Shown: one piece after another, positions 7,656 to 15,829 of the stretch | Layout: every line of letters begins with the position of its first letter | Position numbering within the stretch: the first letter of the stretch is position 1 | The notes under the pieces: generated by a model | The model's database searches: none | Told to the model about the DNA's origin: nothing | Seen by the model: the letters and a program-made list of their open reading frames with translations, nothing else | Position numbers and translations under genes: made by a program | Virus record (IMG/VR): IMGVR_UViG_3300037846_000096 | Span: 1 to 26,385 of that record | DNA from: a virus | Taxonomy: Duplodnaviria; Caudoviricetes | Reading direction: 5' to 3' (one strand) | DNA: 26,385 nucleotides

Positions 7656-7856
7656 ATGAAGTTATATGAATTATTGATTAGTTCTAAGAAATATTCTTTG
7701 TTAAGAAGATCTTCGTGGGAAATAAAAGAATCTTTTTTAATTCTGCCAATAAATAGATATCAAAATTTATATATTTTAACTTTAGCAGAAGAGTTGATGA
7801 TTTATAACCCCACACTTGATGATCTAGTCGCTGATGATTGGGAAATATATAAATGA
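7656..7856 (+). CDS. Tad2/DUF2829-like protein (possible anti-defence sponge)
   Basis: RRSSW near the N-terminus and C-terminal YNPTLDDLVADDWEIY. Confidence 0.65.
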   Translation: MKLYELLISSKKYSLLRRSSWEIKESFLILPINRYQNLYILTLAEELMIYNPTLDDLVADDWEIYK

Positions 7857-7899
7857 TAATTATCTTTTACTTTCAAGATGTGCATCATTAAGGAGAATT

Positions 7900-8070
7900 A
7901 TGCTATTGGAAATAACTATAGAAAATCAAGATAAAAATGATTGTCATCCATTGATTATTAGGCATCATGAAGAAGATATGCAATGCGTAAGAGTTTATGT
8001 AGATGAATCTCATGTAACAGTTAATATAGAAGAACTTAGACTTGCTTTACGTAAGATAAACACTAAATGA
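7900..8070 (+). CDS. Hypothetical protein
   Basis: ATG 7900 with TAAGGAG SD, preferred to 7834. Confidence 0.6.
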   Translation: MLLEITIENQDKNDCHPLIIRHHEEDMQCVRVYVDESHVTVNIEELRLALRKINTK

Positions 8071-8082
8071 TTAGGAGTAAAT

Positions 8083-8241
8083 ATGAATCCAATTGAAAAT
8101 AAAAAATTAGTGTTACAGAATGATTTTGATATAAGACGACAAGTTAAAGGTATATTAGAAGATTATCTAGGTATTGAAAAGCCAAAAGAATTAAGGAACC
8201 AAGAATTATTTTATAGAGCTACAAACTACAGAGGAAGTTAA
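8083..8241 (+). CDS. Hypothetical protein (52 aa)
   Basis: MNPIENKKLVLQNDFDIRRQ..., SD AGGAG. Not in the ORF track. Confidence 0.55.
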   Translation: MNPIENKKLVLQNDFDIRRQVKGILEDYLGIEKPKELRNQELFYRATNYRGS

Positions 8242-8244
8242 ACG

Positions 8245-8400
8245 ATGCCGCCATTAGTAAAAGGTTCAAAAGCTAGGACGCCTAAAGGATTTTCAGAAAA
8301 TGTAAGACGAGAAAGATCAGAAGGCAAAAAGATGGATCAAAGTGTTGCCATTGCTTATTCAGAGGCACGCGGAAAGAAAAAGAAATCTAAGAAAAAATAA
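8245..8400 (+). CDS. Small basic phage protein (MP.L.KG......S.N...E...GK...Q.VAIAYS.A type)
   Basis: MPPLVKGSKARTPKGFSENVRRERSEGKKMDQSVAIAYSEARGKKKKSKKK. SD GAGGA. Not in the ORF track. Confidence 0.75.
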   Translation: MPPLVKGSKARTPKGFSENVRRERSEGKKMDQSVAIAYSEARGKKKKSKKK

Positions 8401-8454
8401 GCTATAATCTTCTTAGGTGGTGGTTTACAGGGACGGCAAATTAAGGAGACTAAA
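8401..8454 (+). promoter_or_regulatory. Late promoter (GC-TATAAT) and leader with CAGGGACG and AAGGA sites
   Basis: TATAAT at 8403-8408 with no -35. CAGGGACG at 8428-8435 matches the Csr motif CANGGAYG. Confidence 0.5.
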
Positions 8455-8718
8455 ATGCCTATTCAATCGTTACGCACGAATTTTCCAGGCGATAATTATC
8501 AAAGCGCGCGTTTAGTAAGATTACACTCAACTGATGCCCTTGCAACTTGTACGGCAGCAGGATATCTAAATAATTACTTAATAATGCAAAGTATTCCACT
8601 CTATACCACTGATTTTGTTCATCTTGCCGCTTTAGATGGGACTCAAATTTATAAGCCAGCATTCACGAATGGAACGCCTTTTAATGGTGGCAGTGTTCAG
8701 CTAGTTGCATTATCTTAA
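8455..8718 (+). CDS. Hypothetical protein, probably virion-associated
   Basis: 87-aa ORF, strong SD TAAGGAG, directly before the portal. Confidence 0.7.
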   Translation: MPIQSLRTNFPGDNYQSARLVRLHSTDALATCTAAGYLNNYLIMQSIPLYTTDFVHLAALDGTQIYKPAFTNGTPFNGGSVQLVALS

Positions 8719-8723
8719 TGAAT

Positions 8724-8876
8724 TGCGCTAGCGTGTCATCTCGCGAGATGATGACTTTAAAACTCCTTGAGTCCGGTGGACGTCTGGATAAGCCAGACTA
8801 GCGCAGAGAATTCCAGGTTCACTCCTCGTGACCGCTAAGCCAAGTTTCCCCACACTTGCGGAATAAAAGCTGGGGA
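8724..8876. ncRNA. Candidate structured RNA (multibranch fold) upstream of the portal
   Basis: Closing stem TGCGCTAG(8724-8731)/CTAGCGCA(8798-8805) enclosing several hairpins, then two more hairpins; GC-rich against its surroundings. Confidence 0.5.
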
Positions 8877-8883
8877 TTTAACT

Positions 8884-8899
8884 TAACCAAGGAAGGTTA
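8884..8899 (+). promoter_or_regulatory. CsrA/RsmA-like hairpin over the portal SD
   Basis: TAACC-AAGGAA-GGTTA; the last A is the A of the ATG. Confidence 0.7.
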
Positions 8900-11100
8900 T
8901 GGAGCGCGACCCTAAAGATGTGAATCACGACCTATCGCAAGAAACATTGAGCGAGATGGAAGAGAGACGCATAGCAATGATGGATGAAGCTGGCGTTGAT
9001 GAAAAAGAAGTACTTATTAAAGCTGGCAAGCACTTAAACATTTGGAATAGTTATTTCAATGAAAATATCGTCAGAGGTAAAGACGATATGAACTTTTGCT
9101 TAAGAGACCAGTGGACTGCTGTTGAGAGATCAGAGTTTACGAGACTTTTTAAACCTGCCATGACATTTAATAAACTTTATGATCCAGTAAAGAAGATAGC
9201 CGGAGAACAGCGGAAAAACAAACCAGACCTAATAGTAAGATCCCTAACGGGAAAGGCAACACAGGAACAAATAAACTTACGAGCAGATTTAGTACGTACA
9301 ATATCATATCAATCTCAGAATGATTTAGTTTACCAAACAGCATTTAAGTCAGCTCTTATGATGGGTTTCGGTGCATTCCAAATTTGTTTAGATTATGAAT
9401 CGCCTAAATCATTTAATCAAATCATTCGTTATGAGATGATATCTGATCCTACGCGTACTGCATTTGATGCAACAGCATTAAAACCACATAAAGGGGATGG
9501 GAACTATTGTGCAAGATACTATGTATTTACTCGGGATGAATTCTTTGCAACCTATCCTTATGTCACTAATCCCGTATCTTATGTCGATCCATATATGCTT
9601 TTGGATTTCCAATGGCAAACCAGAGATACTATTACAGTTTGTGATTACTTTGTAAAAGAATGGTTTCCTCTTATAATTTATAAACTATCTAATGGAGAGG
9701 TGGTAAATGAAAATGAATGGGAAGCGCTGCAGGCGAATTTTAAAATGCAAAGGGAAATTACCAAAGGATCTGTGGTCGAAAAAATTGTTGAAAATGAAAT
9801 GCCTAGGATTGTGGGAGAGCGTCAAACGCAAGATTATCGGATAATGCACTATAGAATGATTCGTGATCAAATAATTGATTTCTCAGAATGGCCATCTAAA
9901 AACTTACCAATTATATTCGTTGATGGAGATTCGTATTATATTGAAGGCCGTCAATATACTAAGAGTTTCATTCATGAAGCTAGAGATGCTCAAAAATGCG
10001 TTAATTATTTCGGAAGTGACATCGTTGCAGACGTTAAAAATAGAAGACGTGAACAATGGCTCGGTACCCCTGATAATATTTCAGGATATGAGCAAGACTG
10101 GCGAAATCCAGAGTTGCAAATGGGATTGTTACGCGCTAAACCTGATCCTAAAACTGGTCAGATGCCTGTCAAGCAGCCCCCCTGGGATCTCTCACCAGCA
10201 ATTATGCAAAATTTTCAACGTGCTACACAAGATATACGAGAGATTCTCGGTTTTTCTGAAACAGAAGCGCTTCAAGGTCGTGATATCTCAGGAAAAGCAA
10301 GACGTGAACGCAAATTGGAAGGGTCAATGAGTGCTTACGTTTATTTTGATAACATGAACCAAGCAGTTGAACAAGGCGGTAGGGTCGTTAATGATTTATT
10401 GCCATACATTATTGGTAATGATGAACGTAGAATGGTTATTAGTAAAAACGATGGAAAAACCGATCCTGTAACCATAAATGAAAAGCAATCAGATGGTACA
10501 ATTAAAAATGATTTAGGGATTGGTGATTTTGATGTTGAGATAAATTCAGGGCCATCATTTGCTGTCCAAAAAGAAGTTGCTCTGGAATTCTTCCAACAAA
10601 CAATTTCTAATAATCCACAGATATTTAACCTTATTGCAGACCTTTGGGCAGGGAATCTTGATATTCAACAAATGCAGCAAGTTAAAGACCGCTTAAAGAG
10701 TCTTGTACCTCCTGAAATATTAGCAAAAGAAGAAGGTAAACAACCACCGCAACCACAACCCAATCCTCAAATGATGATGATGCAGGCAGAATTACAAGGC
10801 AAACAAGCAGACATTCAAAATAAAATGGCTGAAACCAAGATCAAAGCTGAGAAATTACAACTTGAGAGAGAACAAGCGCAACTAGACCATGCAAAACTAT
10901 TATTAGAAGCGCAAAAAATCCAGACTGATGCACAATTAAATATATTCGATCATAAGATTAATTTAGAGACTGCAAAAGCCCGTCATCATATGGACGGTAA
11001 AAAGACTGAACTCGATTTCACTCATCAAATAGCCAAGATATTGAGCGATATCAAGAAAGAAGAGGCTAAGGTTAATAAAGAGAATAAGAAAGAAGAATAA
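8899..11100 (+). CDS. Portal protein, P22 gp1-like
   Basis: 733 aa, D..F....QW, TFNKL..., GFGA, SGKA..ER, G.FDV.I.SGPSFA.QK motifs and a C-terminal coiled coil; follows terL. Confidence 0.93.
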   Translation: MERDPKDVNHDLSQETLSEMEERRIAMMDEAGVDEKEVLIKAGKHLNIWNSYFNENIVRGKDDMNFCLRDQWTAVERSEFTRLFKPAMTFNKLYDPVKKIAGEQRKNKPDLIVRSLTGKATQEQINLRADLVRTISYQSQNDLVYQTAFKSALMMGFGAFQICLDYESPKSFNQIIRYEMISDPTRTAFDATALKPHKGDGNYCARYYVFTRDEFFATYPYVTNPVSYVDPYMLLDFQWQTRDTITVCDYFVKEWFPLIIYKLSNGEVVNENEWEALQANFKMQREITKGSVVEKIVENEMPRIVGERQTQDYRIMHYRMIRDQIIDFSEWPSKNLPIIFVDGDSYYIEGRQYTKSFIHEARDAQKCVNYFGSDIVADVKNRRREQWLGTPDNISGYEQDWRNPELQMGLLRAKPDPKTGQMPVKQPPWDLSPAIMQNFQRATQDIREILGFSETEALQGRDISGKARRERKLEGSMSAYVYFDNMNQAVEQGGRVVNDLLPYIIGNDERRMVISKNDGKTDPVTINEKQSDGTIKNDLGIGDFDVEINSGPSFAVQKEVALEFFQQTISNNPQIFNLIADLWAGNLDIQQMQQVKDRLKSLVPPEILAKEEGKQPPQPQPNPQMMMMQAELQGKQADIQNKMAETKIKAEKLQLEREQAQLDHAKLLLEAQKIQTDAQLNIFDHKINLETAKARHHMDGKKTELDFTHQIAKILSDIKKEEAKVNKENKKEE

Positions 11101-11343
11101 CTAACCTATTATTTTAGCCATATGAAGTATTATTCCACCGAATAAAGTTATGATCAAAGCTATTTGCGTTAAAATAGTTCCTAATACCCAGTGAAAGTTA
11201 GAATCCATTTTAGCTAATAATTGAATTTTATCTTCTTTCATTTCTCTAACGATTATATCAAAACGATCGTCAATTTTGCGTGATATCTCTTCAAGCAATC
11301 TAATCCTAACTTCATGATCTATATATTCATGACTTGCACTCAT
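11101..11343 (-). CDS. Coiled-coil protein with C-terminal transmembrane helix (DUF1640/XhlA-like architecture)
   Basis: HEVRIRLLEE...KMDSNFHW plus hydrophobic tail. SD GAGGAG and its own promoter. Confidence 0.75.
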   Translation of the reverse strand: MSASHEYIDHEVRIRLLEEISRKIDDRFDIIVREMKEDKIQLLAKMDSNFHWVLGTILTQIALIITLFGGIILHMAKIIG

Positions 11344-11381
11344 CTTATCTCCTCATTTTTAAAAACTAGTAAGGGCTTAAT

Positions 11382-11390
11382 ATTATATCA
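11382..11390 (-). promoter_or_regulatory. Extended -10 promoter
   Basis: TG-A-TATAAT on the minus strand, ~40 nt upstream of ATG 11343. Confidence 0.6.
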
Positions 11391-11404
11391 CAGGATAAAA
11401 AAAT

Positions 11405-11434
11405 GATAAACAATGAGTGGGTGACACCCACTCA
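11405..11434 (-). terminator. Putative intrinsic terminator
   Basis: Perfect inverted repeat TGAGTGGGTG-A-CACCCACTCA (11414-11434), followed on the minus strand by TTGTTTATC. Confidence 0.55.
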
Positions 11435-11447
11435 AAATATTCACTGG

Positions 11448-11543
11448 TTAATTCACACAACTTATCCTAAAGTTAGTGGGCTTATTTGTTTTATCTTTGG
11501 TCGCTGCACCAAACAGCGGCTTTTGACATTTATGATTGCTCAT
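11448..11543 (-). CDS. Putative 31-aa small protein
   Basis: MSNHKCQKPLFGAATKDKTNKPTNFRISCVN, SD AGAGGAG 10 nt upstream, terminator-like hairpin just downstream. Confidence 0.4.
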   Translation of the reverse strand: MSNHKCQKPLFGAATKDKTNKPTNFRISCVN

Positions 11544-11770
11544 TGTTTCTAGTCTCCTCTAAGCGCACTTCGTGAGAAAATAACATAATACGTTATATAA
11601 TGTAATCAATTAATAACATTTAGATTAAATATTAATCAATTATAACTTGCGATAATAAAAGTTATAGTTGGGGAAAATAACTAACCTTATTTTCTACATA
11701 GTTAGTTTCCCCAATTGCCACCCGTGCTGTTCCCTTCCCATTAAAGAGAAATGCGTTTTATGTCAAGGTG

Positions 11771-11803
11771 AAAAAAGTTGCCGCAGCATGTTATGGCAAC
11801 TTT
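11771..11803 (-). terminator. Intrinsic terminator of the tRNA transcript
   Basis: AAAGTTGCC...GGCAAC followed by TTTTTT on the minus strand, ~36 nt after the last tRNA. Confidence 0.65.
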
Positions 11804-11839
11804 ACTAGGTGCTAATAGCTACTAGTTTTGTATAATTAT

Positions 11840-11912
11840 TGCTACCTGTCAGGATCGAACTGACGACCTACGATTTACGAAACCGTTGCTCTACCAACTG
11901 AGCTAAAGTAGC
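11840..11912 (-). tRNA. tRNA-Thr(CGT)
   Basis: Full cloverleaf GCTACTT/AGGTAGC, D arm GCTC/GAGC, anticodon loop TTCGTAA, T loop TTCGATC. CCA not encoded. Confidence 0.95.
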
Positions 11913-11917
11913 ATTAA

Positions 11918-11988
11918 TGCCCAAGATAGGAATCGAACCTATGCCTTTTGATTACAAATCAACTGCACTACCTTTGTGCTACTCGGGC
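11918..11988 (-). tRNA. tRNA-Thr(TGT)
   Basis: Cloverleaf GCCCGAG/CTTGGGC, D arm GCAC/GTGC, anticodon loop TTTGTAA (one G-A mismatch in the stem), T arm ATAGG-TTCGATT-CCTAT. CCA not encoded. Confidence 0.9.
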
Positions 11989-12242
11989 TTTATATTCGCA
12001 GCCAATAGTATCATTGTTAGATATATTGATAATGATTTACGAATTTTATAATTTTCTTTCGAATAATTTTTATGATATTCCTGATTATCAGGTTTTTTTC
12101 TTTGTTTTTCTTGCGCTTTATTCCATTGTGATTTAAGACATTTATGACATGAATACCATGATCTATTTTTAGTAGTTTTAAGCTTAAAAATGGTAAATCC
12201 ATGTTTTTTACAATTTCTTTTCTCTTCAAATGCTTTAATCAT
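11979..12242 (-). CDS. Basic Zn-finger-like protein (CKKHG...CHKC), probably leaderless
   Basis: 87-aa ORF with ATG 7 nt after a TATAAT box; the stop codon lies within tRNA-Thr(TGT). Confidence 0.6.
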   Translation of the reverse strand: MIKAFEEKRNCKKHGFTIFKLKTTKNRSWYSCHKCLKSQWNKAQEKQRKKPDNQEYHKNYSKENYKIRKSLSIYLTMILLAANIKPE

Positions 12243-12278
12243 GCCGCGGATTATAAATCATATGCCATATAAAGTAAA
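12243..12278 (-). promoter_or_regulatory. Sigma70 promoter with GC-rich discriminator
   Basis: TTTACT(12278-12273)-17 nt-TATAAT(12255-12250)-CCGCGGC-ATG. Confidence 0.7.
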
Positions 12279-12300
12279 CTACGAAACACCATATATAGCG

Positions 12301-12329
12301 TTGTTATACTGACCACATCAGCCTAAAAT
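12301..12329 (+). promoter_or_regulatory. Promoter of the scaffold/coat operon
   Basis: TTGTTA(12301-12306)-17 nt-TAAAAT(12324-12329), with C at -13. Confidence 0.55.
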
Positions 12330-12338
12330 TGAGTCTAA

Positions 12339-12357
12339 CGTGTGCAGGATGTACACG
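12339..12357 (+). promoter_or_regulatory. CsrA/RsmA-like hairpin at the 5' end of the scaffold leader
   Basis: CGTGTGC-AGGAT-GTACACG (7-bp stem with one G-U), ~60 nt upstream of the ATG, so it is not the SD. Confidence 0.6.
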
Positions 12358-12417
12358 GGGCGAACGAACCGCCTAATGTTCGGGGCAACAAGAATGCCGC
12401 GTGTGGAGTAGTAGATT

Positions 12418-13197
12418 ATGGATAATCGTCAGGACGACAAGGAAGTATTGACAGAAGAAGTTGGAGAAAGTTTAGGGGAACCTGAGGCTGCTATTTCAGA
12501 AGTAATAGAAGCTGAGGGCAAGGATAATGACCCTCTGTATGTTCAGAAACGTTTGAAACAACAGAAGCGGGCACACGATAGGGACATGCGTGAATTGCAG
12601 GCAAGGATTAGCCAAATGCAAACCCAATTATCACCCCAACAACCACAATTTCAAGAAGCCAATAGTCCCTATGATCAAGGAGGAAACTCTGGATCAGTAG
12701 AAGACGCTATCCGCAAAGCGGTAAGTTTTGCGCTCCAACAAAGGGATGTCGAAGAGCGTAAAGCTAGAGATATGCAGTCACAAGCCCACATATCAAGGCA
12801 GTATCAAGATTTACAAAAACATCTTGATAGTACAGCCGATAAATATGACGATTTTGATGAAGTCGTTAGAGGTGAAACTGTAAATATCACTCCGCACATG
12901 CGTGATGCAGCACTAATGCTCCCAAAAAAAGGTGCAGGAAGTGCAGGAGAAGTCCTCTACAAATTAGGTAAAAATCCTGAAGAATTAATCCGAATCTCAA
13001 AACTACCACCAATAGATCAAGCAAGTGAACTCGTAAAACTGAGTCATGCTTTGGTTTCAGGCGGTGAGCAAAAAGGTTCATCCCCACGTCCACTAGGACA
13101 GATCAAAGCAAATCCAGTTACGAATTCCCAAGGTGTCACGGAAAAGACATCGCCCGCAGCTATTAGGGCACTCATGAAAGCTGGAAAGTTTAAATAA
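12418..13197 (+). CDS. Capsid scaffolding protein
   Basis: Acidic N-terminus, VQKRL coiled coil, KYDDFDEVV, G.EVLY.LGKNPEE..RI..L.P..QA.EL.KL; located between portal and coat. Confidence 0.85.
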   Translation: MDNRQDDKEVLTEEVGESLGEPEAAISEVIEAEGKDNDPLYVQKRLKQQKRAHDRDMRELQARISQMQTQLSPQQPQFQEANSPYDQGGNSGSVEDAIRKAVSFALQQRDVEERKARDMQSQAHISRQYQDLQKHLDSTADKYDDFDEVVRGETVNITPHMRDAALMLPKKGAGSAGEVLYKLGKNPEELIRISKLPPIDQASELVKLSHALVSGGEQKGSSPRPLGQIKANPVTNSQGVTEKTSPAAIRALMKAGKFK

Positions 13198-13212
13198 CTT
13201 TTCTTTTTTTAT

Positions 13213-13242
13213 AAACGGAATTTTTTACTAACAAGGATGTTA
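13213..13242 (+). promoter_or_regulatory. Paired CsrA/RsmA-like sites in the coat leader
   Basis: AAA-CGGAA-TTT (13213-13223) and TAAC-AAGGAT-GTTA (13229-13242); the GGAs are 18 nt apart. Confidence 0.7.
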
Positions 13243-13246
13243 TAAA

Positions 13247-14458
13247 ATGCCTAATCAATTTATTACAACGCAATTAGTTAGCAATACTGCACTTGCAATG
13301 TTCGCTAACAATAGTCCATTTGTCATGACGGGTTCAAGAATCTATCAGGACGATTTTCAAAACTCAGGTTATAAGATTGGCGATACGTTACAAGTTCGTC
13401 GCCAAAATAATTTTGTCGTAGGTGATGGTTCAACTGCTGTTCCGCAAGATATTATTGAGACTGTTGAAAATATAACTGTTGCACATCAATACCATGCGCT
13501 CATTGCCTATACTGTTCAGGATTTAACTTTGCGAATTGAAGATTTCTCTCGCATGTTTATTCAACCTGCAATTCAAAATATCATTACGCAAATGGAACGA
13601 GATATTTGTTCAGATGCAGAACAAGAACTTTATTTATTTCAAGGGTCAGCAGGTTCTCCAATAAATTCCTTTAGCTCAGTAGATTTAGCAGGCGCTAAGC
13701 TTCTTGAGCAGGGAGTAAACATTGCATCTGATGCGTATCTTGCCATGACAGTGCGCGACGGATCATCGTTAAAAGCTGCTCTTTTAAATAACTTTACGCC
13801 AGTATTTAATGAAGAAATTGTAAGACAATCAGCAATTGGCCATTTATCTTATTTTGATATTTTCCAATCTCAAAATATTGTAACCCATGTAGCAGGTGCA
13901 GGACCTACTTTACATCCAGGTGATACGTTACTTGTTAATGGAACTGTCGCATCAGGAAATACGATTGTATTATCCGGTGCAACTGGTGCTGTTACTAATT
14001 ACTTTTTACCAGGTGATTTAATTTCAATTGCAGGCGTTCATTCTGTAAATCCATTATCTCGTGCCTCAACCGGTCAGAACATGCAATTTGTGATTACTGC
14101 TGCTAGCAGTTCATCAGGTGGTGGTGCGCTTACAATCCAAGTAAGCCCAACGATTATTAGTGCAACTTCATCTCCTTTGCAAAATGTAGATGTTGCAGTA
14201 CCGACGGGACAAGCAGTATCAGTTGTTCCTAGTTACCATGTTAATGTTGCCTATCCATCTCGTGCATTAGATATCGTTTGTCCGCCTCTTTATAAATTAC
14301 AAGTTCCATATGCAAGTGTTGCCGTTGATCCTGAAACGGGATTATCACTTGCTGTAACACAAACTGGTGACATTTTAGGATATCAAAACTTAATGCGGCT
14401 CGATATTTTATGCGGGTTTAAATGGCATCCTCAATATGCAGTTAAATTATTGTCTTAA
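13247..14458 (+). CDS. Major capsid protein, P22 gp5-like
   Basis: MPN.FIT, KIGDTLQVR, F....SQN..TH.AG, GD.I.IAGV.SVNP, R.DIL.G.K...P..AV. Confidence 0.95.
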   Translation: MPNQFITTQLVSNTALAMFANNSPFVMTGSRIYQDDFQNSGYKIGDTLQVRRQNNFVVGDGSTAVPQDIIETVENITVAHQYHALIAYTVQDLTLRIEDFSRMFIQPAIQNIITQMERDICSDAEQELYLFQGSAGSPINSFSSVDLAGAKLLEQGVNIASDAYLAMTVRDGSSLKAALLNNFTPVFNEEIVRQSAIGHLSYFDIFQSQNIVTHVAGAGPTLHPGDTLLVNGTVASGNTIVLSGATGAVTNYFLPGDLISIAGVHSVNPLSRASTGQNMQFVITAASSSSGGGALTIQVSPTIISATSSPLQNVDVAVPTGQAVSVVPSYHVNVAYPSRALDIVCPPLYKLQVPYASVAVDPETGLSLAVTQTGDILGYQNLMRLDILCGFKWHPQYAVKLLS

Positions 14459-14469
14459 GGAGATTTTAA

Positions 14470-14769
14470 ATGAAGAACAGATATGATGGAGCGCCAGGAA
14501 AAGACGCTGCAATTTCAAATACTCGTCACAAACGTTTTGAAGCAGAACACAGAGAAAAAAATGCTTTTGTGAAACGCGAACAAGCAGCCCTTTCAAAATA
14601 TGAAGGCCATAATCCAGTTATGAGCAATGAACTCATGGAATTTAATGCGAACATGCAAAATACTGGGCAATGGGCACAAGGATTTTGCGATAAGTTGACT
14701 GAAGGATTGGATAAAGTTGCATTTCCAATCAATGAAGACCCAGGTCACGGTAATGGTCGAAAGATGTAA
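14470..14769 (+). CDS. Hypothetical protein
   Basis: 99-aa ORF after the coat gene, SD TAAGGAG. Confidence 0.7.
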   Translation: MKNRYDGAPGKDAAISNTRHKRFEAEHREKNAFVKREQAALSKYEGHNPVMSNELMEFNANMQNTGQWAQGFCDKLTEGLDKVAFPINEDPGHGNGRKM

Positions 14770-14781
14770 GAGACAAATGGA

Positions 14782-15828
14782 ATGCCACAACTTGTCAGGA
14801 CGACAAATGATGTTATTGTAAATGCTCTTTACTTATTAGGTGAACTCGGAGTTGGTGAAACGCCAGATGGGTTCATGCTAACAACAGGTCTTGAGCTAAT
14901 CAATGAGCTATTAGACAAATTTTCATCTGACAGTATATACATTCCATTTTTAACAACGATCAATTTTAATTTTATTGTGGGACAAGATACTTATTCAGTT
15001 TCTGATATCATGCCGGCAAATATTAATGCAGATCGAATCGTAGACCTTTCTTTTGCAAATTATCAAGTACCAGGATTTGGAATTGTTGGAAATGGATCAA
15101 CTACCATTCCAATATCTGTAACATTTACAGCAGATTCAATTTCAAATCTACTCACAATGGGTGCAACGTCATCATTTCCAACTGGTACGCCAATCACATT
15201 ACAGACAACTGGTACATTGCCATCCCCTTTTATATCTGGTGTTACTTATTTTGTAATCAATGTCTCACCTACGACGATTTATTTGTCAACTACTTTAGCT
15301 AATGCAACTGCTGGTATTTTTATAGATATATTATCTAATGGTGTTGGAACACAAATTATTACTACCAATAGTTTTATTATTCAACAAAACCCAACAAATT
15401 TAGTTTATCCATTACGGATTATAAATAAAGCACAATATTATAATGTTGTAAGACAAACTAATTTATTGTCACGTCCTGGATTTATATTTTTAAATAAACA
15501 ACCACAAGAAAGTTTTGTAACAGTTTATCCAATACCAGACCAACCTTATCCTTGTGCATTACAAGTAAAGTGCATGATAAATGAATTAACAAACCAAGAC
15601 ACACTTGGGGAACTTCCACCTAATTATTATGGATTTTTAAAATATGCACTCGCGCGCAAGTTTTTAGCTTATTATCCTAGTGGAAATTGGCCTGCTGTGA
15701 ATGAATCAGAATATGAGGATTATTATAATACATTTAAAAATTGCAATGAGACTGATCTCACTTTACGTCCATCCGTCGTATTAACAGCACCTGAGCCTTT
15801 TTACTGGCCTAATATTTTGAGTTATTGA
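14782..15828 (+). CDS. Head-tail adaptor (P22 gp4-like position) with inserted beta-rich domain
   Basis: T.ND.I.NAL..LG....GETP.......GLE..N.LLD, VYP.PD, LPP.Y...LKY.LA..; ~85-aa insertion. Confidence 0.75.
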   Translation: MPQLVRTTNDVIVNALYLLGELGVGETPDGFMLTTGLELINELLDKFSSDSIYIPFLTTINFNFIVGQDTYSVSDIMPANINADRIVDLSFANYQVPGFGIVGNGSTTIPISVTFTADSISNLLTMGATSSFPTGTPITLQTTGTLPSPFISGVTYFVINVSPTTIYLSTTLANATAGIFIDILSNGVGTQIITTNSFIIQQNPTNLVYPLRIINKAQYYNVVRQTNLLSRPGFIFLNKQPQESFVTVYPIPDQPYPCALQVKCMINELTNQDTLGELPPNYYGFLKYALARKFLAYYPSGNWPAVNESEYEDYYNTFKNCNETDLTLRPSVVLTAPEPFYWPNILSY

Positions 15829-15829
15829 T

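Noticed and set aside
6162-10330. Nested or antisense ORFs within terL, the 8455 gene and the portal
   Set aside because: Fully overlap conserved genes and show no motifs.
11840-11988. tRNAs as host attB or prophage boundary
   Set aside because: Flanked on both sides by phage head genes; no integrase or duplicated tRNA 3' end seen.
11948-12229. ORFs 11948..12136 (+) and 12017..12229 (-)
   Set aside because: Overlap the tRNA or the better-supported Zn-finger frame and look like low-complexity translations.
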